This document shows, piece after piece, positions 9,464 to 20,667 of a stretch of 64,000 nt of DNA. How positions within the stretch are numbered: the first letter of the stretch is position 1; each line of letters starts with the position of its first letter. The notes under the pieces were generated by a model. It did not search any database. It saw only the letters and a program-made list of their open reading frames with translations, and was not told the origin of the DNA. A program made the translations under genes and the position numbers. Source of the DNA: Gemmatimonadales bacterium (GTDB lineage Bacteria > Gemmatimonadota > Gemmatimonadetes > Gemmatimonadales > GWC2-71-9); NCBI GenBank assembly GCA_041615815.1, contig JBFJCP010000024.1, forward strand, positions 1 to 64,000, in the 5' to 3' direction.

Positions 9464-9733
9464 GACACCTCCGTTGATGGTCCGGTCGCGCGCGGTGAAC
9501 GCCGAGCGGGCGGAGCGAACCGTCCCCGAATGGGATAGCGAGCATCCCTCAAGCACCGCCCTTCCAGAGTCGTAAGACGGTCAACACCTTGTATCTTTTG
9601 ATGTTATGGATCGTCTGGTCAATGGGGGCCACGCTTGTGAACCCCGTGCCGGCCGGCTAGTTCTGAAGCAGCTGAAGGGCTCGAGGACTCGTGGGCTGCC
9701 GCCGAGGGGACAGAGGAGTTCGCTGGGCGTACC

Positions 9734-11479
9734 CTAGATCGCCACCGAACCCTCGCGGAAATCCGTCTTGCCGATCCAGACATTCACGAGAGCAGGAATT
9801 CCCTCTCGTGCCGCCGCCTTGGCATCCGCGAGCACACCGGGGAGGTTGGACTGTGCGTCAGCGAGGAACCCGCGACCTCCGTAGCCCTCGGCGACGGTGT
9901 GGTATGCGGTTCGCCTGAGCACGGTCCCAACGTCGTCGTGCAGGAGGGCTGTCTGACCGCGGGCAATTTGCGTCCAGGCCGCGTCGTTCCCCACCACGGC
10001 GATGACGGGGAGCCCGTGGCGCGCAAAGGAATCGAATTCCGCCAGGCTGAAGGCGGCCGCACCGTCGCCGTAGAGAATCCACACCTCTGCACCAGGACGG
10101 CAGAGTTTGGCTCCGAGGGCGAATCCCGCACCGACACCGAGAGTCCCAAACGGCCCGGGATCCAGGAACGCCAGTGGACGCCGCGGTGAGACGATGTACG
10201 ACGCGGTGGCCGCGAAGTCACCCCCATCCAGAATCAACACGCTGTCCGGGTCGAGCGCATCATCCACGGCTCGGCAGAGCGCTAACGGGTTCACGTACTC
10301 GGTGAGGGTCTGCTCGCGCCGCTCGATATCCGCTTGCCGCACACGATCGCGGTTCCGAAGCCGCTCGCGCCACTCGGTCCACGCCGAAGGTGGAGGTGGA
10401 GCCTCGCGCGCGAGACGACACAAGAACTCGGCGGGATCTTCACAGAGGGGCACCGTGGGCCGCCGGTTACGGGTGAGATCCCGGCGGCTTCGGTTCACCG
10501 CCACCACCGCCGCCTTCCGATTGATCTGACGCCCGTAGTCCAATCGGAAGTCGCAGGGCACCCCCGCCAGAACCACGAGATCGGCCTCGCGAAGGGCATC
10601 ACCACGCTGATGCCGCATGAGCAAGGGGTGCGCTGGTCCCAACAGGCCGCGAGCCATACCTGACAGAAAGACCGGGAGTCCCAACTGATCGACGGCGTCG
10701 ACCAGCTCGGCGACGCTTCCAGGTCGAAGCATCGCCTGACTGCCGACGAGCAACACCGGGCGACGGGCAGCCGCCACCTGGACCGCTGCGCGTTGCACGT
10801 CCCCGGCGGTCACGGGCGCGATGACGGGAAGCGCCGGCTCGGGGGAGGGGTCGTCCTCGCCGGTGCCGAAGACCCGGTCCAGGTGGCGCCGCAAGTAGGC
10901 GCGTTTGAATCGGGCCCCCAACGACATCGCATCGTCGTCGGGACTGGCCGCGCCATACCACTCACGGACCACGTGTTCCGGGTACAGGACGTCCACCGGG
11001 CACTCCACGAAGACCGGCCCCGGAACCCCCTCCTGAGCAATGAGAAACGCGTCTTGAAGCGCCGGCACCAAGTCCCCCACTCGGCTCACACCGATGGTCC
11101 GTTTGACGTGCGGACGAAAGAGGGCCAGTTGATCGATGTCCTGGAGCGCCCCACGACCCTTGAGGATGGTGGCGGTCGCACCGCCGATGATTACGATGGG
11201 AGACTGCGAGAGCTGTGCGTTCTTGAGGGCCGTGATGGTGTTGGTGGCCCCGGGTCCCGCCGTCACCACTGCCACCCCTGGCGAGCCCGTGAGCCGCGCC
11301 ACCGCATCGGCGGCAAACACGGCGGTTGCCTCGTCACGGACATCGATCACCCGGATCCCACGGTGCTTCGCCGCCACCAAGATCGGCGAAATGTGCCCGC
11401 CACAGAGCGTGAACAGGAACGGAACCCCTTGCGCCGCCAGGAACCCGGCAATCCGATCGCCACCGTCACGTGCGGTCAT
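9734..11479 (-). CDS. ThDP-dependent enzyme, ILVBL/2-hydroxyacyl-CoA lyase / acetolactate synthase-like
   Basis: [45 protein letters not shown]...VGND ThDP motif. Confidence 0.9.
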   Translation of the reverse strand: MTARDGGDRIAGFLAAQGVPFLFTLCGGHISPILVAAKHRGIRVIDVRDEATAVFAADAVARLTGSPGVAVVTAGPGATNTITALKNAQLSQSPIVIIGGATATILKGRGALQDIDQLALFRPHVKRTIGVSRVGDLVPALQDAFLIAQEGVPGPVFVECPVDVLYPEHVVREWYGAASPDDDAMSLGARFKRAYLRRHLDRVFGTGEDDPSPEPALPVIAPVTAGDVQRAAVQVAAARRPVLLVGSQAMLRPGSVAELVDAVDQLGLPVFLSGMARGLLGPAHPLLMRHQRGDALREADLVVLAGVPCDFRLDYGRQINRKAAVVAVNRSRRDLTRNRRPTVPLCEDPAEFLCRLAREAPPPPSAWTEWRERLRNRDRVRQADIERREQTLTEYVNPLALCRAVDDALDPDSVLILDGGDFAATASYIVSPRRPLAFLDPGPFGTLGVGAGFALGAKLCRPGAEVWILYGDGAAAFSLAEFDSFARHGLPVIAVVGNDAAWTQIARGQTALLHDDVGTVLRRTAYHTVAEGYGGRGFLADAQSNLPGVLADAKAAAREGIPALVNVWIGKTDFREGSVAI

Positions 11480-11480
11480 C

Positions 11481-13469
11481 TCACCACCCTTCGTCGATGG
11501 CCCGAGCGACATGATCAGCGATGGCCATGATCGTGATCATCGGATTGACACCGCTGGACGTCGGGAACGTGCTCGCATCTGCCACGTACAAACCACGCAC
11601 CCCATGCACGTTACCGGTCTCACCCACCACGGACCGACCCGGCTCCCTCCCCATCGCGGCGCTCCCCATCTGGTGGAAGCTGATGAACGACATTCGGCAA
11701 TGTCGGTAGCCTCGCGCATCCATGCCTTCCACGAGCGTGTCCAGCCACCCGGCCGCACCGGGCCTGGCCCGCACCGGTGGCGTGTGGAGAGACATCACAT
11801 CGGTGGCACCGGCCGCCGCGAGGATCTCACCGGCCCCGCGGAGCCCTTGCCGCAGATGCTCGATGTCATGGTCACTGGGCTCGTAGGAAACCCGTGGCCG
11901 ACCTTCCCGGCTGACCGCAAGGCGGCCCGCATCGCGATCGCGTAACAGCACCCCCACGAGGCTCGTATGCGCCAGCCGCGCGACATCTTCACGAAATGCG
12001 ACCGCGCTCTCCCAGCCAAATCCGCTGGCGGGCAACGCAAAGTGCACGGGCCCGGTCTCGAATCTGACACCGTACCCGTGGCGCAGATTGGCAAACTGAT
12101 CCGAGTACCGGGTTTGAAGAGCGCCACTCCAGGGCTCGACCCGTTCCGGAAACACCCCCACCACGGCACTCGCGGGGTGGAGCCGAAGCCCGCGCCCAAT
12201 GTTTCGGTTGGCGACTCCTGAGCGCTTGAGCAGCGCGGGGGTATAAACCGCGCCACACGCCACCACGACCGCGCGAGCCCGGACCGTGAGCGAGCACATG
12301 GTGCCGTCTGCACGCTCCACCGTCGCCTCGACCCCAGTCGCTTCGCCCGCGCGTACGAGGATCCTCCGGACGTCGCACCGTGGGATGAGACGCGCCCCAC
12401 CGTCGGTAGCATCCCGGAGATAGGTGACCGCGGTCGAGTTCTTGGCACCGTGGCGGCAGCCATACCCACAATAGCCGCACTCGATCCCTTGCCGGCAGTC
12501 CGACACGTTCCGCGGCTGCTGGTCCACGTGCCACCCCAGCGCGCGACATCCGCGCTCCAGAATCGCGTCTCGCATCCCGGGCGTGTTCCACTCTGTGCCG
12601 ACGTTCACCCGGCGTCCAACCCGCTCGAGCGATTCGCCGAAGCGAGGGCTCGCAAAGAGCGTGAGCCCGGAAAGCGCATCCCATTCCGCTCGAACCGACC
12701 GCGGAAGCGCAAAGCTCGTGGTCCAATTGATGGTGGTGCCGCCCCCCACACAGCTTCCAGCCAAGATCGGCATCGAGCCGCTTTGCGTCATGAGGAGTCC
12801 ATGATCCAGGTACAGCGCACTCAGCATGTCCCCTTCGATTTGCGTCATATCGCTGGCGCCAGGGTTGGGGCCTTTCTCCAGCACGATCACGTCCCGCCCG
12901 GCGGCCGTGAGGACGCCCGCGACCACACCCCCTCCCGCCCCCGATCCCACAACCACCACGTCGCAATCGAGCGTCTTGTCCCCAGGCAGTGGAAACACGG
13001 GCAGCGGTTTCGCACCATCCAGAGGAGGATCGAGCGGTCCGGGATAACCCACCGCTCGCCACGCCGGATGCATTCCGTCGTCCAGCGGCCAGCAAAAATG
13101 CGCGACGTGGGTGAGGCGCTTCAGCGCCTGAAAGCCCGCGCGGCGCAACGCAATTGGAGAAATGGCCCACCGTCGGAGAACCTCTTCGCGCTCGCGGGGC
13201 TCGAGTGTGGCGAAAGACACCATGCGTCCGTTCAGCGCGAGATTGGCAAGCCGCGAACCCAACACGGTGAGCAACGTGCGGAGCCGCGCCCCATCCCGGG
13301 GATCGCCGAGCAGGTTTATCAGGTGCTCGACGCGCTGCGCAGCACCGGTCCGCACGGCACCGGTGGCAAAGAGCGCAGCCGTATCGTCATCGCGCACGAG
13401 CTCCGGGAGAAACGTCTCGCACACGGCGGCGAGCGTGGCGCGTTGGGCGGCGGTGAGCTTGGAAGGCAT
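11481..13469 (-). CDS. GMC oxidoreductase, long-chain alcohol oxidase-like
   Basis: [53 protein letters not shown]-terminal extension. Confidence 0.9.
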   Translation of the reverse strand: MPSKLTAAQRATLAAVCETFLPELVRDDDTAALFATGAVRTGAAQRVEHLINLLGDPRDGARLRTLLTVLGSRLANLALNGRMVSFATLEPREREEVLRRWAISPIALRRAGFQALKRLTHVAHFCWPLDDGMHPAWRAVGYPGPLDPPLDGAKPLPVFPLPGDKTLDCDVVVVGSGAGGGVVAGVLTAAGRDVIVLEKGPNPGASDMTQIEGDMLSALYLDHGLLMTQSGSMPILAGSCVGGGTTINWTTSFALPRSVRAEWDALSGLTLFASPRFGESLERVGRRVNVGTEWNTPGMRDAILERGCRALGWHVDQQPRNVSDCRQGIECGYCGYGCRHGAKNSTAVTYLRDATDGGARLIPRCDVRRILVRAGEATGVEATVERADGTMCSLTVRARAVVVACGAVYTPALLKRSGVANRNIGRGLRLHPASAVVGVFPERVEPWSGALQTRYSDQFANLRHGYGVRFETGPVHFALPASGFGWESAVAFREDVARLAHTSLVGVLLRDRDAGRLAVSREGRPRVSYEPSDHDIEHLRQGLRGAGEILAAAGATDVMSLHTPPVRARPGAAGWLDTLVEGMDARGYRHCRMSFISFHQMGSAAMGREPGRSVVGETGNVHGVRGLYVADASTFPTSSGVNPMITIMAIADHVARAIDEGW

Positions 13470-13715
13470 GAACGCCCTTTGACGAGAAGCGTGACCTGGC
13501 CCCGCGACCGGGCTACGGCACGACCCGCGACGGATGGACGACCGGTTTCAGGAATGAACGAAACACTACGAGTGGCCAACAGTCAAAGCCACATCTCGAA
13601 CGCATCGAGATAGCGACGAGGGGGTGGCCACCCGCGACAACAATCCCAAAGATCGTGGCGGGTGAGACGAGGTGCGACTCTGTGATTTGCTCTCTGCCCC
13701 CTATGGGCCTGGTCG

Positions 13716-14036
13716 CTAGTTCGGGGAGGGAAAGAACAGCACCTGGGTCAGCTCAAAAGCGGTTGGCACCAATCGGGTAGCCTTGAACGCCGACTCGCAT
13801 TCGCGGTTGCACAACACGGCACCGTCACCAAAACGCTCGCATTGGCATACCATGAGCCTGTCACCGTTCGCCGGCCGCAGACGGACGCGTTGCGTTTGCT
13901 TGACCACCGGGCACCACACACCAACCCACGCCTCAGCGGTGCGCTTCGCCGTTACTCGCGGCGCCGGGGTGCTCGCCACCGAGACCAGACCACACACGCC
14001 AATGAGGCCGAACGCGACAAGAATAGAGATCAACAT
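13716..14036 (-). CDS. Small membrane-anchored Cys-rich hypothetical protein
   Basis: GGAGG RBS before ATG 14036; N-terminal hydrophobic helix; WCP...CQC...CNREC. Confidence 0.6.
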   Translation of the reverse strand: MLISILVAFGLIGVCGLVSVASTPAPRVTAKRTAEAWVGVWCPVVKQTQRVRLRPANGDRLMVCQCERFGDGAVLCNRECESAFKATRLVPTAFELTQVLFFPSPN

Positions 14037-14197
14037 AAATACCCTCCGTGTGGCGGACTCCCCCAACTCATATTCAACACCACCGGGTGAAAGAGCCGTG
14101 AACTCCTCATGAAGCGGGATTGCTTGCGCGCAACGCTTGTGGCGGTACGATTGAGCCAGGTCTCGGTCCTGACTTCACGCCCCTCCGGAGGGACTCG

Positions 14198-16861
14198 ATG
14201 CGCTCCATGTTCTCAGCCGCGCTCATGGCTACTCTGCTGCTGGTCTCAGCTGCCCCACGTGCTGCCGTCGGCCAGGCCATTCCCTCGCCCGCAGCGCATT
14301 TCGGTTTCGAGCTCGGCACCGACGGCCGGCTTGCGTCCTGGAACGCCCTGGTGGCGTACTACCACCAACTGGCGGAAGCATCGGACCGGGTCCGGGTGCG
14401 AGAACTCGGAACGACCGTCCGGGAGAACCCGTTTCTGTTGGTGACGATTTCATCGCCCGCCAACCTCGCCAACGCGGACCGACTGCGCGAGATCAGCCGT
14501 CAGCTGGCGGATCCCCGCGGTCTCTCCGATGCGCAGGTCGCGCGCCTCGTGTCCGAGGGCAAGGCCGTCGTGGCGGTCACAGTGGGGCTCCACTCCACGG
14601 AGGTCGCCGCCAATCAAATGGCGCCGGGACTCGCCTATCGACTCGCGACGGCCACGGACGCCGAGACCCGTGCCGTGCTCGACAACGTCGTGTTTCTGCT
14701 GTTCCCGTCGTTCAATCCCGATGGGCACCAGATGGTGACGCGGTGGGTGGACAGCACGCGGGGAACGCCCTACGCGGGCTCGAGACTCCCGGAGATGTAC
14801 CACCACTACGTGGGACACGACAACAACCGGGACGCGTACATGCTGACGCAGAACGAAGCGCAGTTCTTTGCCCGGGTCGTGTATCACGAGTGGATTCCAC
14901 AGTGGTACTTGGACGTGCACCAAATGGGGAGTTACGGTCCACGCCTCTACGTCCCGCCGTACGACGATCCCATCAATCCCAACGTGGACCCCCTCGTGTG
15001 GACTGAGCATGATTTGGTGGGTGCCAACATGGTGATGGCGCTCGAACGCGCGGGGTTCACCGGCGTAGCTACGGGCACGTACTACACCGGTTGGTGGTTC
15101 CCGTCATTCCACATGGCCACAAACCACCACAACATTGCCGGCATGCTCACCGAGTCCGCCAGCGCCAATATGGCGGAGCCGCTCATGATTCACGAGCAGC
15201 AGCTGGCGGAGCACGGACGCAAGCATCGCGCCTATGAACGAATGCAAGTATTTCCCCATCCCTGGAAGGGCGGTTGGTGGCGCGTCGCGGACATCATCCG
15301 TCAACAGCACGCCAGCACCTACGCCCTGCTCACCACCGCGGCCAAGTATCGGGAGACGGTGTTGTGGAATATGGTGCTCAAGGCCCGCCGAACGATGGAA
15401 CGTGGCCTGACGGAACCCCCGTTTGGGTTTGTGGTTCCGATTGCGCAACACGATCCCCTGACAGTCCACAAGTTCATCACGATCCTGATGAACAATGGAA
15501 TCGAGGTGCAGCGCGCCCTTGATGACTTCGTGCACGGTGGGAGAGCCTACCGGGGCGGCGACTACGTGATCTCCACCGCACAGCCGAATGGCATTCTCGT
15601 GCGCTCGCTGCTCTCCCGCACGTTTTATCCGGATAACGCCATCACGCGACGGGACGACGGACGCATCGTGCGTCCCTACGATATGGCAAACTTCGTGCTC
15701 GCCGAGCAGATGGGGGTGACGGCCATTCCGCTGGAGACGCATCTCGAAACACCGCTGGCCATGGTGACGGATCCACCACAACCGGTGGGCCGCATCCATG
15801 GATCGGGAAGTGCTGGTTGGCTCGTCTCCCATGCCGTCAACGACGCGTTTCGCGTAACCAACGCTGTCCTCGCCGACGGCGGAAGCGTGTTCTGGCTGCG
15901 GCAGCCTCTCGAGGTCGGCGACCAACGATTCGGGCCGGGTACCCTATGGATTCCGGCGGGACGGACGTCCAGCAGCCGCGTGCAGGCCCTGGCGCGGGAG
16001 ACCGGAGTCGACTTCACTGCCCTGTCCACGCCGCCAACCGGCCCCGCTTATCGCCTCAACCCCCTCCGATTGGCCACCTACCGCCGCTACTCGGGCGAGC
16101 AATTGGACGAGGGCTGGAGCCGGTATCTCTTCGACACCTGGGGATTCCCGTATCGACGGTTGGAGGCAGATGCGATTCGGAGCGGTGGGCTCCAGAACAT
16201 CGATGTCTTGCTGGTGCCGTCGGACGGACTGTCACGACTCAAGGGCGAGGGGGACGTGTCTCCACCCGGTGAGGGCAAGGCCGATGAATACCCCGAAACG
16301 TTTCTGCCGCCACGTTTTACTGAGGGACTGGACGAGCAGGCCATCGAGACCATCAAGGCATTCGTCAAGCGGGGCGGCGCGCTGGTTCTGCTCGATCACG
16401 CTTCCGAGTTGGCCCTGGAAGAAATGGGCATCCCGGTACGCAATCTGGTGGAGGGCTTGGAGGCGGAGGAGTACTTCAGCCCCGGATCGAACCTATGGGT
16501 TCGGTACGACACCACCCACCCGCTGGCATACGGAATGCCGGAGAGGGGCCTGGTACTCAACTGGGGCAGTCCGGTCTACCGGGTAGACCGGACGGCATTC
16601 AACGCGAGGATCGCGGCACCCATCCGCTACGTAGACCGTGATCCATTACAGAGTGGGTGGCTGGTGGGCGCGCAGCACATTACCGGGCAGCCGGCGGCGC
16701 TCGACGTGGAATACGGCCGCGGCCGAATCCTCTTGATCGGATTCCGGGCTCAACATCGGGCGCAGACCCATGGCACGTTCAAGGTGTTCTTCAACGCGCT
16801 CTACTATGGAGCAGCGGACGGCATCGAGCTGGGCGGTGTCGCGGCTGGTGGATCGCCTTGA
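14198..16861 (+). CDS. Secreted M14 zinc carboxypeptidase family protein
   Basis: GGAGG RBS, signal peptide, HSTE, NPDG, DNNRD, DVHQMG, LTE; C-terminal GATase-like domain. Confidence 0.9.
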   Translation: MRSMFSAALMATLLLVSAAPRAAVGQAIPSPAAHFGFELGTDGRLASWNALVAYYHQLAEASDRVRVRELGTTVRENPFLLVTISSPANLANADRLREISRQLADPRGLSDAQVARLVSEGKAVVAVTVGLHSTEVAANQMAPGLAYRLATATDAETRAVLDNVVFLLFPSFNPDGHQMVTRWVDSTRGTPYAGSRLPEMYHHYVGHDNNRDAYMLTQNEAQFFARVVYHEWIPQWYLDVHQMGSYGPRLYVPPYDDPINPNVDPLVWTEHDLVGANMVMALERAGFTGVATGTYYTGWWFPSFHMATNHHNIAGMLTESASANMAEPLMIHEQQLAEHGRKHRAYERMQVFPHPWKGGWWRVADIIRQQHASTYALLTTAAKYRETVLWNMVLKARRTMERGLTEPPFGFVVPIAQHDPLTVHKFITILMNNGIEVQRALDDFVHGGRAYRGGDYVISTAQPNGILVRSLLSRTFYPDNAITRRDDGRIVRPYDMANFVLAEQMGVTAIPLETHLETPLAMVTDPPQPVGRIHGSGSAGWLVSHAVNDAFRVTNAVLADGGSVFWLRQPLEVGDQRFGPGTLWIPAGRTSSSRVQALARETGVDFTALSTPPTGPAYRLNPLRLATYRRYSGEQLDEGWSRYLFDTWGFPYRRLEADAIRSGGLQNIDVLLVPSDGLSRLKGEGDVSPPGEGKADEYPETFLPPRFTEGLDEQAIETIKAFVKRGGALVLLDHASELALEEMGIPVRNLVEGLEAEEYFSPGSNLWVRYDTTHPLAYGMPERGLVLNWGSPVYRVDRTAFNARIAAPIRYVDRDPLQSGWLVGAQHITGQPAALDVEYGRGRILLIGFRAQHRAQTHGTFKVFFNALYYGAADGIELGGVAAGGSP

Positions 16862-16875
16862 TCGTCTCGCCATTC

Positions 16876-17637
16876 ATGAGACGAATCGGGGCGCGCGGGA
16901 TCCTCGTCGGGATTGCGCTTGCCGCACTCGTGTCTCCGAGCGAGACGCAGGAGCACGATGCGTTGTCGCAGCTGAATGCCCTGCTGAAAGTGACCAGTGC
17001 GCTCGAGCATGGCATGAACGCCCTTCTGACCGGACGCCATCCCGTGGACGCGTTCGACCCGATCGACGTTGCTGTCAGCCGCCGGTTCGCCGAACAGTTG
17101 GCGGAGCATGGCGTGGACTCCATCCGGATGATCGGGATGGAATTCGAGATCGTGTACTACCGCGGCGATCACGCCGTGTACTATCTGCGCACGTTCGTGC
17201 ATCCCACGAGAGACGGTGTCACCTTCATCAGTTTCGCTGGTCGGGCGCCGGAGCGCGGCAGGGTGTCGGTGCGCAATCATCCGTTCGACCGTTTCTGGGA
17301 CACGGCGGCGCCGCTCGGCATCGCCGCCGAGGGTCTCGTTACCATTATACGCGACGGCCCGTGCTCGGTCTTGTCCGCACCGAGAGCCGAGGAGTTGAGC
17401 CGTCTGGTCTCACCCCACGATCGCGCCGAGGTCGTCGGACAAGTTGCGCGCGTGAAACGCGGCATCCAACGCGAATGTGATGTGCTGGCGAGAGTTTCGA
17501 GCGACCGGGCGCACCTTCGAATCGACGATGTGAGCTTCGCGGCGCTCGGGTCCGATGGGATGGCAACAGGAACCATCCGGAGCACGTTGGAGCTGGTCGA
17601 TGGGAACCTGCGGTTGGAGATAGCGGGAATGCGGTAG
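16876..17637 (+). CDS. Secreted hypothetical protein
   Basis: ATG 14 nt after the upstream stop; signal-peptide-like MRRIGARGILVGIALAAL. Confidence 0.65.
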   Translation: MRRIGARGILVGIALAALVSPSETQEHDALSQLNALLKVTSALEHGMNALLTGRHPVDAFDPIDVAVSRRFAEQLAEHGVDSIRMIGMEFEIVYYRGDHAVYYLRTFVHPTRDGVTFISFAGRAPERGRVSVRNHPFDRFWDTAAPLGIAAEGLVTIIRDGPCSVLSAPRAEELSRLVSPHDRAEVVGQVARVKRGIQRECDVLARVSSDRAHLRIDDVSFAALGSDGMATGTIRSTLELVDGNLRLEIAGMR

Positions 17638-17720
17638 GGGAATCGCCGGTTGATGGAGTCCCCCCACCGCTCAGAAACCACGAGGTCGACCAACGATGAT
17701 TGGCCGCGTCACATCGCGTT

Positions 17721-19181
17721 TCAGTGTCCCACGGCCGGACTCCCAATCTCATCCGCGTATGTCTCGCGCAGGCGCTCCAGATACTCGTCGAACAAGGTCG
17801 CCATGGTTCGATGTTCTTCCGCCACCATCTCGCGGAAGCGGCGGTCCGTCAGAAAATGGTAGAGCACCGCCGTCATGATCTTCGCGTCCAATAGGAATCC
17901 GGTGTGCCCTACGGGCTTCATCGAGTCGAGCCAGCGTTCGATCGTATGGCCCGCCGCGGGTGAGCTGAACACGCTCACGCCCACCCCGGGAATATCGCGG
18001 GTGAGAAAGCCGGTTTCCTCATACCCCGCCGGGCGCTGCGCCTCGGGGTTGATCTCGGGCGCATCGAGCGCCTCGGCATAGGCGAACGCCAGCTCCTCCA
18101 AAGTTCCCAGGGTAATCCCGTCACGGTATTCGCCGTATCGCTCTATGGTCACCTTGGTGCCAGTGGCCATGGCGGCGCCGCGGGCGGCGTTGGCCATCAT
18201 CGAATCCATGTGCGCCAGATACACCTCGTCCGGATATCGGATGTAGTAGTCGACCACCGCCCGCTCCGGCACCACGTTGGGGGCAATGCCCGCTTCGGGC
18301 ATGACGCCTTGGATGGACGCCTCCGGACGGAACGTGGGGCGCAACGCATCGACGGCCGAATAGAACATCACCGCCGCCGAGAGCGCATTACGTCCGTGCC
18401 AGGAAGCCCGCTGGTGCGCCGCTTTCCCCTCGAACACGTACTTGACTTCATTGATGTTGAGACAGCACACGCCAAAGCCTGCGCGGTTGCGCGCAGTCTC
18501 GTTGGACCCGTGGCTCCGAATGAGAATGTCCGCCCCGTCAAATACCCCTGCTTCCCACATGATGGTCTTGGCCGGCGGTCCCACCTCCTCGGCCGGCGTC
18601 CCATAGACGCGAACGCGACCCGGCACCCCCTTCTCCCGCATGTACTCTGCGATGGCAATCGCGGTGGCAAACCCGACGGGACTTTGGGCGTTGTGCTGAC
18701 AGCCGTGGAACGGCTCGGTGGTGCTGCGTAACGCGTCGTACTCTACGATGATGCCGAGGGTGGGCCCGTTGGTGCCGGCCGGCGAGTCCCAGCGGCCCAC
18801 GAAGGCCGTCTCGAGATCCGCCTGCCCCGTCTCCACCGCGAACCCGAAGCCACGGAGGACGGCGGTGAGCGTGTCGACCGACTCGTACTCCTTCCACCCC
18901 ACCTCGGGGTGCTTTCCGATGTGGTCGCTCAAATCGCGCATTCCACCAACCCACAACTCGTCGATGCGCGCCAGCAACCGATCCCGATCCCCATCGCGCT
19001 TGGTGGCCATCCGGCGGCTCGTCTGGGCAGGCTTCAAACGGTCCTGCAACGCGTCGATCTGGCGAATGATGTCCCGAGCGGCCGCCCGCTCAGTGGGCGT
19101 CGTCTGTGCTGGGGCACTCAACGGAAACAGGAAGGCGACCAACAGCATCGCCACAGCCAAGGCGGGGCGCAAAATCCGCAT
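17721..19181 (-). CDS. Secreted M20 family amidohydrolase (AbgB/ACY1L2-like)
   Basis: Signal peptide; HPEVGWKE, EYDAL, HGCQHN, GTPAEE, NVVPERA. Confidence 0.88.
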   Translation of the reverse strand: MRILRPALAVAMLLVAFLFPLSAPAQTTPTERAAARDIIRQIDALQDRLKPAQTSRRMATKRDGDRDRLLARIDELWVGGMRDLSDHIGKHPEVGWKEYESVDTLTAVLRGFGFAVETGQADLETAFVGRWDSPAGTNGPTLGIIVEYDALRSTTEPFHGCQHNAQSPVGFATAIAIAEYMREKGVPGRVRVYGTPAEEVGPPAKTIMWEAGVFDGADILIRSHGSNETARNRAGFGVCCLNINEVKYVFEGKAAHQRASWHGRNALSAAVMFYSAVDALRPTFRPEASIQGVMPEAGIAPNVVPERAVVDYYIRYPDEVYLAHMDSMMANAARGAAMATGTKVTIERYGEYRDGITLGTLEELAFAYAEALDAPEINPEAQRPAGYEETGFLTRDIPGVGVSVFSSPAAGHTIERWLDSMKPVGHTGFLLDAKIMTAVLYHFLTDRRFREMVAEEHRTMATLFDEYLERLRETYADEIGSPAVGH

Positions 19182-19367
19182 GAGAGGACCTCCGGCAGGT
19201 TGCGTAGACGGCGTGGACCCTCGGTAGTGTAGATCTTGGGAGCGTAGCTGGAAAGTACCGGCACGGCACCGACCGGCGCATCGTGCCGCCCCACGCAGGA
19301 AAGGGGTCCGTGATGCGGGAAACGAATGTGGGATGAACAACGCCGGTCGGGTATGATGTCCGTGCGG

Positions 19368-19610
19368 CGCGGGAAGGCTTGCTCGGGTTGGGCATCATCC
19401 CTTCGCGGCCAGAGCGCTACCGAGAGGTGCCGGTGGAGCGAACCTGGTCACTGCGGCAACGCAAGCCTTCGGGCTCACGCCCATTGGGTGAGAAACCCAC
19501 CACCGGCACCGGCCGCACCACCGAGAGGAGGGACACGACGGCCGCGGGCCACCACCGCAGGTGGCCATGCGAAACCGGGTCGGGAGTCATGGCCTCCCGA
19601 CATTTCGCGT
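19368..19610 (+). ncRNA. Candidate structured non-coding RNA, family not recognised
   Basis: 11-bp stem 19426-19436/19500-19510 enclosing tgcg-GCAA-cgca, agcc-TTCG-ggct and tggg-TGAGAAA-ccca hairpins; more hairpins on both sides; TATGAT at 19352-19357. Confidence 0.5.
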
Positions 19611-19658
19611 AACCACTCGATCCTCTTCCATTTTCTCCACCCTACGGCCGGTGCTTCT

Positions 19659-20660
19659 CTAGGGCCTCCACCTGGCAGCAGACTCGTTGGCTTGGTTGCC
19701 ATCGAGCACGCCCGGCTCGCTCCCATTGGCCCGGGCGATCACAATGTCCCAGTTGCCGAATCGGTTGCTTTCAAAAGCCAGTCGACTGCCGTCGGGTGAC
19801 CACGATGGCGCACTCTCGCTCGAGCCTAGCTGGGTGACGTTGACCGGGGGGGCACCGCCCACCTGCCATACGAAGATCTCCCAGTCCCCCTGTCGGTTGC
19901 TTTCGAACGCGATACGCGTACCGTCCGGTGACCACGCGGGGTTTTCGTCGAACGCGGCACTGCCCGAGATATTCAACAGTCCGGTGCCATCGGCATGGAT
20001 CACCAACAACTCACTCGCCCCGGCGCGATTACTGGTGAAGGCCACCCTCGTCCCGGCCGGATCCCAGACCGGTGAGAAGTCGTCACTGTCCGGATTATTC
20101 GTCAGGTTCTGCGGATCACTCCCATCCGCGTTCATGACGTAGATATCGCTCCTGAAACCCCTCGTGGTCGTATAGGCAATGCGGGGGCCCTCCGGCGACC
20201 ACGCCGGATCGGTATCGAAGGCGGGATGATTCGTGAGGTTCCGCAACCCGTCACCATTCCAATCCACCACGTAGATCTCGGGATCGCCGTCCCTGGCGCT
20301 CTCGAAGACGACATGCCGGCTGTTTGGCGCCCACGCCGGCGATCCATCCCGTGCGCCGTGTTGGCTCACGTTGCGGATCCTGGGCAGGCTCGTAAAGAAG
20401 TCGACGACGTAGACCTCGTCATTCCCATCACGGTTGCTCACGAACGCCAAACGCCACCCGTCCGGCGACCAGGTTGGCTCCCGATCCCGCCCGGGATGCT
20501 CGCTCACATTGAGCAGGCGGCCGCTCTCGAACACCACGTACACCTCTTCATTACCGTCGCGGTTGCTCACGAACGCCATGGCCGGCACACCACCCGGCTC
20601 GGCGGTCTGACCGCACGCGGCAGTGGCGAGCAACAGGACGGAGACGATCACGCAGCGCAT
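19659..20660 (-). CDS. TolB-like (PD40/WD40 repeat) lipoprotein
   Basis: Lipobox TAAC; repeated PxWSPDGxxxAFxSNRDG units. Confidence 0.9.
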   Translation of the reverse strand: MRCVIVSVLLLATAACGQTAEPGGVPAMAFVSNRDGNEEVYVVFESGRLLNVSEHPGRDREPTWSPDGWRLAFVSNRDGNDEVYVVDFFTSLPRIRNVSQHGARDGSPAWAPNSRHVVFESARDGDPEIYVVDWNGDGLRNLTNHPAFDTDPAWSPEGPRIAYTTTRGFRSDIYVMNADGSDPQNLTNNPDSDDFSPVWDPAGTRVAFTSNRAGASELLVIHADGTGLLNISGSAAFDENPAWSPDGTRIAFESNRQGDWEIFVWQVGGAPPVNVTQLGSSESAPSWSPDGSRLAFESNRFGNWDIVIARANGSEPGVLDGNQANESAARWRP

Positions 20661-20667
20661 GCAAGTC

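Noticed and set aside
9734..11479. Naming this gene ilvB
   Set aside because: Motifs fit the ILVBL/HACL-like clade, and there is no regulatory subunit or ilvC nearby
19429..19511. Canonical tRNA (Leu/Ser-like acceptor GCCGGTG/CACCGGC followed by ACC)
   Set aside because: No TTCRA T-loop, no anticodon arm with a 7-nt loop and no CCA end; kept only as a tRNA-like ncRNA candidate
19430..19560. SRP RNA, c-di-GMP-I, SAM-I, FMN or cobalamin riboswitch
   Set aside because: Only fragmentary resemblance; conserved cores such as SRP GGAA/AGCAG and FMN AGTCCGGATG are missing, and no + strand gene lies downstream
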